Below, piece by piece: positions 1 to 11,636 of a stretch of DNA of 64,000 nt. Both the position numbers and the translations under genes were made by a program. Positions within the stretch are counted from its first letter, which is position 1. Each line of letters begins with the position of its first letter. The DNA comes from Tubiluchus corallicola (Eukaryota; Animalia; Priapulida), in assembly GCA_030141605.1 (NCBI GenBank), contig JAQGDQ010000101.1, positions 187,258 to 251,257 on the forward strand. Direction: 5' to 3'. The notes below the pieces were generated by a model that saw only the letters and a list, made by a program, of their open reading frames with translations, did not search any database and was not told the origin of the DNA.

Positions 1-566
1 GAGCATACATTACTAAACTACACGGTCACGATCAGCAGATGTCTTAACATTAAATATACCACATTTACATACATCCTGAGGAAAGGTTACAGACAGAATG
101 TCACTCAAGCGCTGCATTCAAGCAAAAATTCCCTGAACTATAACTTGGTAATAACTCGTGCTCCTTCATCATGGAGGTGTTTAAAGAAAGTGCTACCCTA
201 TTTTGCAGCCAAGTTCTTCTAAATAGCTATAAAACTCCCTACAAGTCTCCCATTAAAAGCTACACAAACTCTACATGGTGTTCAGCTAAGTTTTGTGAAA
301 AAAAACAAAAGTGTTAAATTTGGGGGTTTTGACCCCCGGATTCTCAGTCATAACAAGTTTGCACTAAAATGAAGTGTTCTTCCTTATCCCTCTCCCATGC
401 CCCATCCTTCCAAAATTTTCGAGGAAAGCGTTCACATAATCTTATTAACTAATAAACTAATTGCGAAACAAAGCAGTGGTAAAGAAGAAGAAAAAAGAGA
501 AGACATAACCTCACTATGGCAAAGGCAACAAGCAAAAGCAGCATGTGAACATAGCAATCTACATAC

Positions 567-3500
567 CTGCCCATCTCATGTAATTCTGAACTCCATTTGC
601 CTGAAGATACTGTGGTGCTTTAGTTTTGTAAAATGCTTCAGTTGCATCTACGTATGCCTTTTCAAAATTTTCTCTGTATATCTTTAGTTTGTCTTCAGGT
701 TCTGAACTAAGATTAACTATAAAAAACAATGACGTTTATTTCATTTAAAACAGAGCACTAGGAAAAAATTATTATTTAGTACTACAGTATACACAAATAT
801 CTATAATATATGACATCTCATAAAGACAGGAAAACAGGTTACTAAATTATAGTGTAACATTGTGGTACCTTGGATTGATTATCATTTTCAAAGTGCATTT
901 TATAATAAGCTTTTTTACAGTTCCAGCGATTGACAATAATCGTGAAAAGGTCAAAGGTTAAGTGAACTTAACAACATTATCCGAACCAAACAACTCATTT
1001 GTTAAACATTTAACAATGCCTTGCAGCCAACGCTACTGTAATAGTAACAGTTCTTGTCGTTAATTTCCGCCTCAATTATTTCGTTTTACGTGGACTGCTA
1101 TTGCTATTTTGCTAAATGTTTTCGGATAAGAATAACGTGTTAAAACTATACAAGTGTAGTATGTAATAAAACCATGTATTTCGCCCACTTCACCAACATG
1201 TAGTTGCTTGCACAAGGTCATGTGACTATTGTAATTAAGTAAAACCTGCTGGGTTCACTTAACTGTTCACCTACAGCAACTGCATGTGCACATAGCGAAA
1301 GTGTGAAATTTCTTATTCCCAACAAAGCAGACTAAAAAATTACCATATAGCATTTTCAGTCTTTTTTACTCATAGCTCATAGCTGCTCTCTCTTTACTCA
1401 ACTTACCTTCGTTATTTTTAGCTTTTGTTTTTCTTTACAAATCAACTATCTAACTTTTCACGGAGAAGAGCAGCCACATATTAGCTGAAGACTCAGCTTA
1501 TTACCTTAAACTGTCTAGACAGATGGCAAAATCTTATTGTTAGTTTAGTTGAGCCTGATCCGGGTTTAATAGCAAAGAAGTAAATCGATGCGTTTGTATT
1601 TTCACATTATTGCTTGAAGCCATTATCTCAAATGGCCACTAACTTTCCTTGGGCGATTGTACATAAAAATTACAATTATACATACATGAATATTATTACT
1701 CCATTGTAATACTTGCAATTTCACTACATCCTTATGCAAAGCATTTTCAGTTCACAGCAAAGCTTCATGACAGCAGCATTATTACACTAAAATCCTAAGA
1801 GGACTTCTGAGACACTGTACAAAAGTTTAAGCAAGTCCTAAGGGAATTTTCAGGTGGCTGTAATTGCTGACACCCATTTTGCAAAACACCACCCCCACAC
1901 ACCTGTTTTGGCACATAACTTGTCGTAATTATGTTGTATATAAGCATTAACATTAATACAAAGTACAAAATACTTCATATCTAAATGCAAAATCTTATAT
2001 ATGGTAAAGCAAGTAACCTAGGGGATAAAGGGGTAAGGGAGATAAATGGAGCTGCGACATACCATGAGGATGTAAGAAGGTCTCTGTCCCAATTAGCATT
2101 TCTAATGGAAAAAATGGCTTTATAAAAAACCAAAAATAAACAAAAAGTTGGGCTTATATGCATTTTTAAATCTTGCTTTAGTAGTGAGGTACCATAAGAA
2201 ACAGAAACATGTGAGAGGCTTAGGACTAGAAAAAAATTATGTTTGTTTTCAGCTGCCAACAGACTGTACCATTTTGTGTGCAACTCAATTTTTTTACGTT
2301 TATCAAAGTGAATTTTTTTTATTAGAATGACATTTTTATTAGGGACATAAGAAACTGATTCAACTGCGAAATGCAAGACTGTTCTTAGTACATCAATCTA
2401 CTACAGCTACGTTTACCTAATGCAAATTCACTTTGAAAGTCAGCACTTAAAAATAAAAACTGTAGTAAATGTAAAAAATGAAATATAAAAATAAAATAAT
2501 TAAACAATAAAGATTTACATGTAACCAACGAACACTAATGTTCATCATACAGTAAATGTGAATGATCTGATGATGACAGTGGTGGTGATGATGGTGCTAC
2601 AGTTACATGTTTATATGCATCTCTTATTAATTAGCTAGAAACAAAACACTATTTTCAACAAAAATAAACTACACTTTTAAATATATTACTTATGTGTGGT
2701 GCATGAAAAAAGTGGTGAACTCATCAAAATAGGATGTGGTATAACCTGGTTAGAAAATCTGATAAATTCACACCGACATAGTCACATGACAAACAAATAA
2801 AAACTCCTACCTACCAATAGGGTAAAATGACAACAAATTCAAAACAAACATATATTTTTAGGCCTCACCGGCTTATTTGTAGTTTCTGAGATAAATTTCT
2901 CACAAGGTTTAATTGAGGTCAAAATGCAATGCATACCATATGATTCCCTAACTCCTATGACAAGTTGACTATCGAAAGCTTCTCCACTTCGCTCGGCATG
3001 AACAAGCTTCATTGCGCTATCTTGTAGTCGTTGCTTTATATTGGAAAATATACTTTCATTCCAACTATCTAGCATCAACTAAATGTTAGAAAATAAAATA
3101 CAACAAATTACTTTTAGCTTGCAGTTGTACACTTCACTGATAATCAATTTCAAAATTAAAGCATTAAAATTGTTTTTTTCTAAATATGTTCACAGGCCTG
3201 CAGAAGTGTCAGAGTTGGGTTAAATAAACATCCATAAATATGACTTTGCATAACACAGTTATTATTATGAAAATATCAATGCAGAAAATGGAAATTTTAT
3301 AAAACATGAAATAAGTTAAAAATATAAGTTTTTCACAATTGCAGTACTACTTTTTAGTCAGAAAAGTGGGTACAATGTTACAAAAAACAAATTTCATAAT
3401 CAAATTAACCAACACATAAATTTGAAACGTAATATGCAATCAGTAAAAATCAAAAACAATTACGTGAAAATGATCACCGTTATTAAAAAAATTAATGTAG

Positions 3501-6500
3501 AGAAATCTAAGAGGCCATGGCCCATGTCAAGCCCCACAAGTATTTTTATAATGAATTATAAAACAATATTTTCCAGCTACCATAGGCCAGGCACCCATAG
3601 TATTTAATTGAGAATTTCCTTATACCTGTGCTGCATATTGAACGAAATGATAATTTTTACTGGCTAAAGTTTACAATTCCTCACACACAATAGTTTCCGA
3701 TAGCTGATTTGGGCTAGGATTAGCATTAGGGTTAGGATTAGGATTAGGGTTAGGGTATGTAAATTGTAAAACTTGTAAACTCCTTCCATTTTACTTTGTT
3801 TTGTGTTGTAACTGTGAATATCAGAATCGTGGCAACAATGGAAAGTGGATAAAAAATACCTTTCGCACTAAGCTCTCTTCTGTTTGATTCTTTTTTTGTG
3901 AGCTGGTGGCTGTTTTGTTACTTAATGTTGTTTCTAATTGGCTAAATGGCATTGGTAGATAACTGCATTGAGCAAAAAACTTCTTCCATTCGGCAATGTA
4001 AGCCTTTAATAATGCTGAATCTTCTTGATGTTGTAACACCCTCTGTATAACAAAAACGAAAGATGAATATAAAGAATATATTTCTCAAATTAGCTCGCAA
4101 CTAACGGTATTGTTAATTAGTTAGATTACGAGTGTGATCGCCAGAGTGTTTATAAACCACTGTGGTTTATTTTTAACAATTATTACCCATTGCGAGTAAT
4201 GAGTTGGAGAAAGAAAGGAAGTAGGCATACTAAACACAAGTCTGAGGTTCAAATCCCGACTAGTCCACAATGTTCAGCATGCCTTTTCTTTCTCCAACAC
4301 ATTATCTACAATGGATAATAAATGTTAAAAACAAACAAGTGGTTTATAAACACTCAAAAGTTGCTCTTTATTTTTAAAAATCTATTAAACATTACGAACA
4401 ATAAAGCAGGAAATGACAATTATGTGGCTCAGTCTATGATTCAAGAGAAGTTTAGTGGCACTGAAGCATATTAATGTACATCTGCATGCTCTTTGCTATA
4501 TATAGCCATGTAGCAATTTTACACTCCAAAGGCCAGTTTCACAATGCCATCACTAAGTTAACGATGTCATTATTACATTCACTGAACTATTAATAACAAT
4601 GTCATTAAGTTAGTGATGGCTTTGTGAAACTGGGCCCTGCTTTAAAGTCAAGTATGGCAGCCGGAGAAAATGGTATCAAACTTCAAATCCAGGACAAAAA
4701 ATTCTCAATTTACTGAGTAAAATTTCAGCACAAGACGAATGTCAATGGTTAATCAGCTGCAAAGGAAATTGAAAATCAAATTTGATAGTAACTTATATGA
4801 AATACAAATGAACATATTTGTAACTAGGCCTGCAAAGATGCATCGTGACACCTTTTGTGGAACACATGTATCGTAAAATCGCACCAGTATGACGGTAATC
4901 TAAAATCGCACCAGTATGACGGTAATCTGAGTCATTGATATTTAGTATGTGTTTGACCGCTGATAAAAACAGTGGGAAATAATTCAAGCTACAGCTGTAG
5001 AATGTACTGTGAATATGTAACAATCAGTGCAGTGGGTGCAGCATTAGTAGACTTGACACAAGTACACCTGCTGCTAGTAGCCAAAGCAAAGCAGTTAAAA
5101 ACACAATGTGCATATAATAATCTATAGTAGGCTAATGGCTTGCAGCAAATGTAAACTAAAAATGCACCAACATATTTGAAATGTTTTGCATTTCTGGTGA
5201 CTTGCAATGCATTTAATAAAAAGTATAAATAGCTTGAATTATTTTAGTACTTAGTAATCTTAAAGTTGTTTGATAAATATAATATACATATATAACTAGA
5301 TTAACTCGATAATGATAAAACTAGATTAAGGTGTTGATATTGGCATTTATAAGGTGTTTAATATATACATATCTATATATGTATATATATGATATATATA
5401 TATTAAAGCCTACAAACGTTAACACAATGTGTATTTCGACACATGTCATATGTGATGTTAGTATTGTGATATGTATCAGGTGTATCGTTACAGCCCTATT
5501 TGCAAAGGCACTTGCAATATATAGTTTAAAAATGCTCAAAACAAATTCAACTTGTAAACAATGTTCTGAGCCAAATGTGAACAAACCATAGGCTCCAAAT
5601 TGTACACTAGCACTCACTTGTTGAGCTTGAGTAATAAAATCAAGAATATCAGAATGCAAGGCATCATGAACACGCGGAGCTCCGTTCTTATCATCCCAGA
5701 GACAAACCAGATGAACATTCCTGTAAAGAACAAAATAAAAACAAAATCATTCATCTTGTACATTCATTTATTGAAATCGTCAATGTTTTAAAGGAGCATA
5801 AGGACAGAATATACTGCATATTTTGATACTCTATAACTCAGAAACGGCTGAACACAAAATAATTCTATGGAAGAGTCTGTAGATGCTAAAAGTAAGAATC
5901 GGTTTAACCAACTAAGATTATCGCACACTGCACTAGGAAATTGCACTGCAAAATAATCATTCCCGTCAAAGGATAATACATTATTTCTGTTAATTACATA
6001 ATTTGTTTCTTGATTGACAGATTGTGTTTGTAAAAATTTGAGAGCTGCTCAAAGCTCTGTTTTATTACACTTTATAGCCACGTAAGTCACCAAGCTGCAA
6101 ATGTTTGTAAAACATAATCATTTATAAGCCCACTACAAATATGTGATAAAAAACTTAGTTACTGAAAATATAATAATAATTGCATTTGAGAAAGTTGATA
6201 CATTCAATGTTTTTAGTTTTAACAAATTTTATATAGTTTGAACTTACATAAAAAGGTCATGCCACTCAGTTTTAGACACAGGTTCTTGTTTCAGTAATTT
6301 TAAAACGTAGGGCCGCATTTCAGGCCATTTTTCATCAAACTGCCAGACGCTTTTGTTCTGTAATAAAAAAATGAGTTTTTCAAAGAACTTAAAAGAAACA
6401 TAGCCTAAAGCACAAACATCACTTAAAAAACACTTCAACAAATAATCCTAGTAACATTTCAGAGAAGTAAGACCACCAAAGCGGCTCAGAATTAATGCAT

Positions 6501-6920
6501 CAGTACTACTACTACTACTAGTAGGGTATAAATTTTTACATAACGAGTTCTCACCGTTTTGACAAACACATCGTAAATTCTTCACATTTTAGCCTTCCTG
6601 TAGATATGCTGGTTCTACGTAGAAGATATGCAGAGATACTGACACGTGAAGGTGACAGTACATTTGTTACTGTTTCTATTTAACTTTAATAAAAGCAAAA
6701 TAACTTTGACAAAAAATATCAGCATAACCATGGGTAGTTTTAGTTGTGGCAGTTTTTGTAGAAAACCACAGCTGCCTTTTCATAGCAACAGTTTGCTATA
6801 ACAAACAGGACAAACATCAACAATTGTGTCAGCAACTCTACATATTGTTAAAGTTAACTCTTGTAGAGTTAAATATTTTTAAAAACTTACCATTAACAAA
6901 TTTGCTACGGGCGCAGCCAT
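567..6920 (-). CDS. CUL5: Cullin-5, first six coding exons (gene continues beyond the window's left edge)
   Basis: GT-AG exons 6891-6920, 6248-6357, 5618-5720, 3860-4042, 2937-3078 and 567-716 splice in frame to MAAPVANLLM-NKSVWQFDEKWPEMRPYVLKLLKQEPVSKTEWHDLF-..VCLWDDKNGAPRVHDALHSDILDFI-..QEDSALLKAYIAEWKKFF-..LMLDSWNESIFSNIKQRLQDSAMKLVHAERSGEAFDSQLVIGVRESY-VNLSSEPEDKLKIYRENFEKAY, closely matching the CUL5 N-terminus. Confidence 0.96.
4144..4355. mobile_element. Palindromic MITE-like foldback element with a central B-box-like motif (CUL5 intron)
   Basis: Termini GAGTGTTTATAAACCAC / GTGGTTTATAAACACTC; inner arms TTGGAGAAAGAAAGG / CCTTTTCTTTCTCCAA; centre GGTTCAAATCCC. Confidence 0.6.
4531..4636. 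mobile_element. Short MITE with terminal inverted repeats
   Basis: GGCCAGTTTCACAATGCCATCACTAA ... TTAGTGATGGCTTTGTGAAACTGGGCC, near-perfect ~26-bp inverted termini. Confidence 0.65.
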
Positions 6921-7284
6921 CTTAAACGTTTTCGCGCAGCTCCAGGCATAGTTACTTACACATGTCCCGCTTTACAAACTAGGAGCACTTTGCACGACCA
7001 ACTTGCTCCCAAGGCATTTACGAAGGCAAAACTGTGGACTGTAGTGGCAGCTGAAACAATTATTGTAATACGTACTCTATAATGCATATAATACAGTGTA
7101 TATGGTGTCTATAATTATTCTATATTATAATGTATGTGTCTATGTTTATATAAAAATGTATTATTTTGTATGTTCACTATTTGAATTTTTAAATACTTCA
7201 CCAAAATGACAGTGAAACACAGTTGCCACCAGCATGGTTTTTAGGTAGATTAGCTAATCATAACCACTAAATATCATTGACTTG

Positions 7285-7712
7285 TAGGGGTGAGCATTCT
7301 CTACCGGAAAGCGAATTCGAATTGAACCGAATTTGTGACTTTCGAATTCGAATCGAACCGAACTTCAGTGTTTCGAATTCGAATTGAGATCGGAAGATTT
7401 TCGAACAAGTTTTCGAACCACCAGCAAAAATTTGTCTTACAAAGATCATGCATATCACTAGATTTTGCTCTGCAATAAAACGACTAGTAATTTATTTAAA
7501 ATTGCGTGCAGAAATCACAGCTAAATTATGCTAATTGCATGATGTTTCATTCGTTTTAGTGATAAAGAACATGTGTGATTGAAGTGTTGAATTATTCGAA
7601 CCTATAATTTTGGATTCGAATGGAGTTCGAACTAAAAAACTCGTTCGAATCGAATTCGAGCGTTCGAATTAGATTCGAACGTTCGAACTCGAACGTTAGA
7701 TGTTCACCCCTA
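7285..7712. mobile_element. Non-autonomous hAT DNA transposon, young copy
   Basis: TIRs TAGGGGTGAGCA / TGTTCACCCCTA; perfect 8-bp TSD TTGACTTG (7277-7284, 7713-7720); dense subterminal TTCGAA repeats at both ends. Confidence 0.9.
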
Positions 7713-7728
7713 TTGACTTGCCATTCAG

Positions 7729-8587
7729 TAGTGGCGAGGATTCTCTACCAGAATGTAAATTCGAATCAAATTTGTCACTTTCGAACTATGAACTATGAAT
7801 TTTATTTCATACATCAAAAAATACAATATCAAACACATTAATAAACTTTAAATTAAAATAATTTGAGTAGTGCGAGGTGAGTGTACGACCATACGGTCAT
7901 TAACACACTCACCTTACTTAAATGAAAATATGATTATAGTTATGCATGCTTCTGTCGATAACTTAATGTAAATAAGGATGAAGTAAATGATGTAATAATA
8001 GCAATGGTATAAGAGCAATAAACTGAAAGTTGTTAAAGGAAAACATAATATGTAATTACGACTTTGAGTGAGCCTTAAAGAGTGGAAAAAAATTAAATAG
8101 TTACGAATATGAATTATGTGATTATCTGTCAATGCACCTCTTACTTGTATTACAATGCACCATATAGCTTACTTGTATATACAATGATATACATATACAC
8201 ATATGTACCCAAATTTAAGTGGGGGAGAAGAGATTAAATTATACATTATACTTGTAGTAATAACTATAATTGTATAGAACATTTAGATATAATTGATGGT
8301 AGTAATGTAGAAGTCGCATCAAATCGAATATTAAGATTTAGAATCTGAATGGAAAGCGAATTCAGTTTTAAAGTTTTTTGAATCATTATTGAAAAGTAAA
8401 CTCACAAAGATCAAGCATATTACTTGACCTTATTCTGCCGTAAAATACTAATAATCGCAGCTAAACAGTGCTGATTGCATTATGCTTCAAACACTTTAAT
8501 GATAAAAATCGAATTCCAACTAAAAAAACTCGTTAGAATAGAATTTGTACATTCAAATCCGATTCAAACGTTTGCTGCTCACCCCTA
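7729..8587. mobile_element. Older copy of the same hAT family, with an internal insertion
   Basis: Left end TAGTGGCGAGGATTCTCTACC resembles copy 1 (TAGGGGTGAGCATTCTCTACC); right end TGCTCACCCCTA; TSD CCATTCAG (7721-7728) / TCATTCAG (8588-8595); unrelated sequence at ~7800-8300. Confidence 0.75.
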
Positions 8588-9092
8588 TCATTCAGTTTAG
8601 TCTATCTATCAGCAATGGCAGTCCATCTGATATTTCTGTAATTTCAGCATAATTTATTGTTCAATTTGTTAAACACCGATTTTTTCATAAGAAACTAATT
8701 TTAAAATAATAGAGCTATGATAAAAATGCCCAAAGTACTGTAAATATATTACGATGGAAGTTTTACTTCTTTATGTCAACTTAAGTCAGGTTGTCAAATT
8801 CAGGTTGTGAAATTGACATTTATAAAAAGCATTCAGCAAAAAGGGAACAAAGTGTGACATGTATGACAATTAGGAGTTATCATTATTGTACTACAGTATT
8901 GTAATACAAGAAATTAATATATTTATTACTTAACCTAAAATTAGGAACTATCTTAAATAGCACGCAGGGGTGTACGTAATTTGGCGTGACTAAAAATGGA
9001 GCACATTAGCCAACCTTCTTATTAAATCACTAAATACTTGTGATTCATAAACTTTCTGCAACTATTAAACGAAAATCAATTTTAAAAAATAA

Positions 9093-9181
9093 TGCAGCAT
9101 GACGACACCCACATCAAGAGCTCACAACTATGCAGCATGACGACACCCACATCAAGAGTCCACCACTCACAACTATGCAGC
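9093..9181. repeat. Short local duplication
   Basis: ATGCAGCATGACGACACCCACATCAAGAG occurs twice, and CTCACAACTATGCAGC occurs twice. Confidence 0.85.
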
Positions 9182-9932
9182 GTTTAAATTGGTTATCATA
9201 TCTTTAATCTTAAACATTATTAAACATAAAAATCATACTATTGTTAAAGATTAATAAACATCTTGCTATTATTAAACATAGAAAGTAATAACTTTTAATG
9301 TCAGCGTGCACAACAAGAAAACAAATTTCAAATTTAATCAGCAAGTTATGTATACCGGTCTTTTATAACTTATAATACAACTATAAAAACAATAATAGAA
9401 TACACATTAATAAAATTAATAAAGATGTACGCTGACACGTTATGCAGGATTTTACAAAGTCAAAATCATATCTTGAGACTAGTTGTCATTCCAGTGTTTG
9501 TGTGGTTCTACAACATGTCAATGTTTATTCATGTCCCAAATAAAGAAACTTTACTGAACAAATGCATAAATTACTTTTTAAACAGTTTTTCATGATTCAC
9601 GATAAGCAAAAATTCGTATATTTATTCATCTCTTATTTCTAGGCATGAAAAGGTAGGTGAAAGATATGTGCAACAGTGCTGCTCTAACCAGAAAGCAACT
9701 GTATACCCATGTACATACCCTGCTGCATGCTGCAAGTCATTTTAAAACTTTAAGTTTATAGCACACTCAACAATTTTACAGTCCCATACAGAAAGCAAAT
9801 ATATTACAGGGCCCATTTGGATAAGAGATTCAATACAGAATAAAAGGAATCTACGTTAAACAGAACAGTCTGAAAAGAATAGTTAAAAATAATAAGTAAC
9901 TACAATATTTTCACCAAATAAAATTTTTCTGG

Positions 9933-11636
9933 TTAATAATGAGCACTTCTTGACTTGAGTTTGTCAGCTGCCCTTGCAAGGCGCATCCTGTAGCTAATCA
10001 GCTCCTGCCAGTCTTTTTCACACATCAGTAATTGGTTATTCCTACGAACCTCTTCATGGAATGTAGAATCTCTTAGTTCATACCTAAAATTATTTATGCT
10101 ATTATTTACCTTACAGGTACAAAAGGGTAAATCTCCGAATTGATCTATTTATTAGGTTATATAACATGAACATACTAATAAAGTTTAGTAATGATGTAAA
10201 ACCGAGCAGTTGTGGGAAGAGATGCATTATTTTATTCTACTAAAATGAATGATAAACTAAATTTTACTTTGCAGTTACATGTAGTATCTTTTACTCACCA
10301 TCTAGGACGTGGTCCACGTATTCTATCTATTTCCTCCTTCAGTTTAACTTTGAGAAGCTGCGCTTCTTCCATCTGTAATTGCCTTCTTCGTAATTCTAAA
10401 AGCTCATTTGTAAAAGGCAAATGAGACAATTCTATAAAAAAAGCACACAGAGCATTATAATAAATAGAAGTTCTGTGTTAATCTAGTTTTATGTAACTTC
10501 AGTATATTTTTATGCATGTATAATCAAGTAAATTCTCCACAAATTAAATAATTAACTTTTTGTTCTTAACAAAGAGATCATTTTAAAAAGGCTGCATGGT
10601 TTTAGGTGAAACACACAAACAGATACTCGAGACATTTATCTGTGTATATTGACAACCTAAATTATGCAAAGCAAGCAAGTAAAAATAACTTGAAATGTTG
10701 ACAACTTTTCATTGTCACATTACACTTGAAACAAAAAGAATATAATTATACTTTTAATAAAATAAAATTTAAGCGATTAACAAACCTGGTTTTAAAACAG
10801 AATCAGATGCATAAAATGAATTCAGATTACATTTGTCATCAGCAAAATTGGAATGGGTATGACCGCCATCGTGTCCAATGCCTGAATTCTCAAGTAAATG
10901 TGAATAGTCCTTTTTAAGCAACCTGTCTGATGGCACATGATGTCCAAGTGTCACTGGAAAATATTTTTTTGCCAAATTCAGATCCAGCATGCTGTTTGTA
11001 TTAGGATCGGGTGGATGAGGAATGTCCCATGACGAAATGACTGAACGTGGACTGTCAGAAAGCAGTGAAGATGATTTTCTTTCATAAGGCTCTGACATAG
11101 ATGCATGATGTTTTGGTTCAAGAAACCACGGATCATCTCTCTCTGAATAATTTGACCTGTAGCTTTCACCATCTGGTGGACTAATGCTTTCTCTAACTCT
11201 TACGTCGGCTGTCTGATCGTCACCAGATTCTATACCGCGTAAACTGCTTGCATCATCGTGTTCACTACTGTGGAGATCACTCAAGTCTTCCAAATGACCT
11301 TCAGTACTTGCATGACTTTCCTCATCTCGAACAAAATCAGTTTTGTTTCTGCTGCCAAAGCTAACATTTTTCTTCTCGCTGTTATTCAGACTAGAATAAA
11401 GATCAGTTAAGTCCAAGGTTAAGCTGCTACTTTCTTCACTTGACAAATCTTCTTTTTTGTAAGATAAATAGTTTCCACTCTTTTGACTGGAGCGAAGTGT
11501 GTTCCTAGGAGATTCTTTTGGTGCATTGGTTACAGCACTAACTTGTGCAAATCTATCAGATGCAGAAGAGGAAGAATGATCTTTATGTCTTCTCAAAGTA
11601 ATCTGAGAATTCGTTTGATGTCGACTAGATTTCTTC
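9933..11636 (-). CDS. Uncharacterised protein, last three exons (Ser-rich disordered region plus helical C-terminal domain); 5' exons not resolved
   Basis: Exons 10786-11636, 10299-10431 and 9933-10083 have GT-AG sites and consistent phases; C-terminus ELSHLPFTNELLELRRRQLQMEEAQLLKVKLKEEIDRIRGPRPRWYELRDSTFHEEVRRNNQLLMCEKDWQELISYRMRLARAADKLKSRSAHY*. Confidence 0.75.

Noticed and set aside
3711-3755. TTAGGG-like hexamers as an interstitial telomere
   Set aside because: Only ~7 degenerate units (TTAGGA/TTAGCA/TTAGGG); such tracts are common inside invertebrate repeats.
4230-4270. tRNA gene
   Set aside because: B-box-like motif only; no cloverleaf or A-box visible.
7310-7700. TTCGAA arrays as heat-shock elements for CUL5
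   Set aside because: Spacing mostly does not fit nGAAnnTTCn, and the arrays are explained as hAT subterminal repeats.
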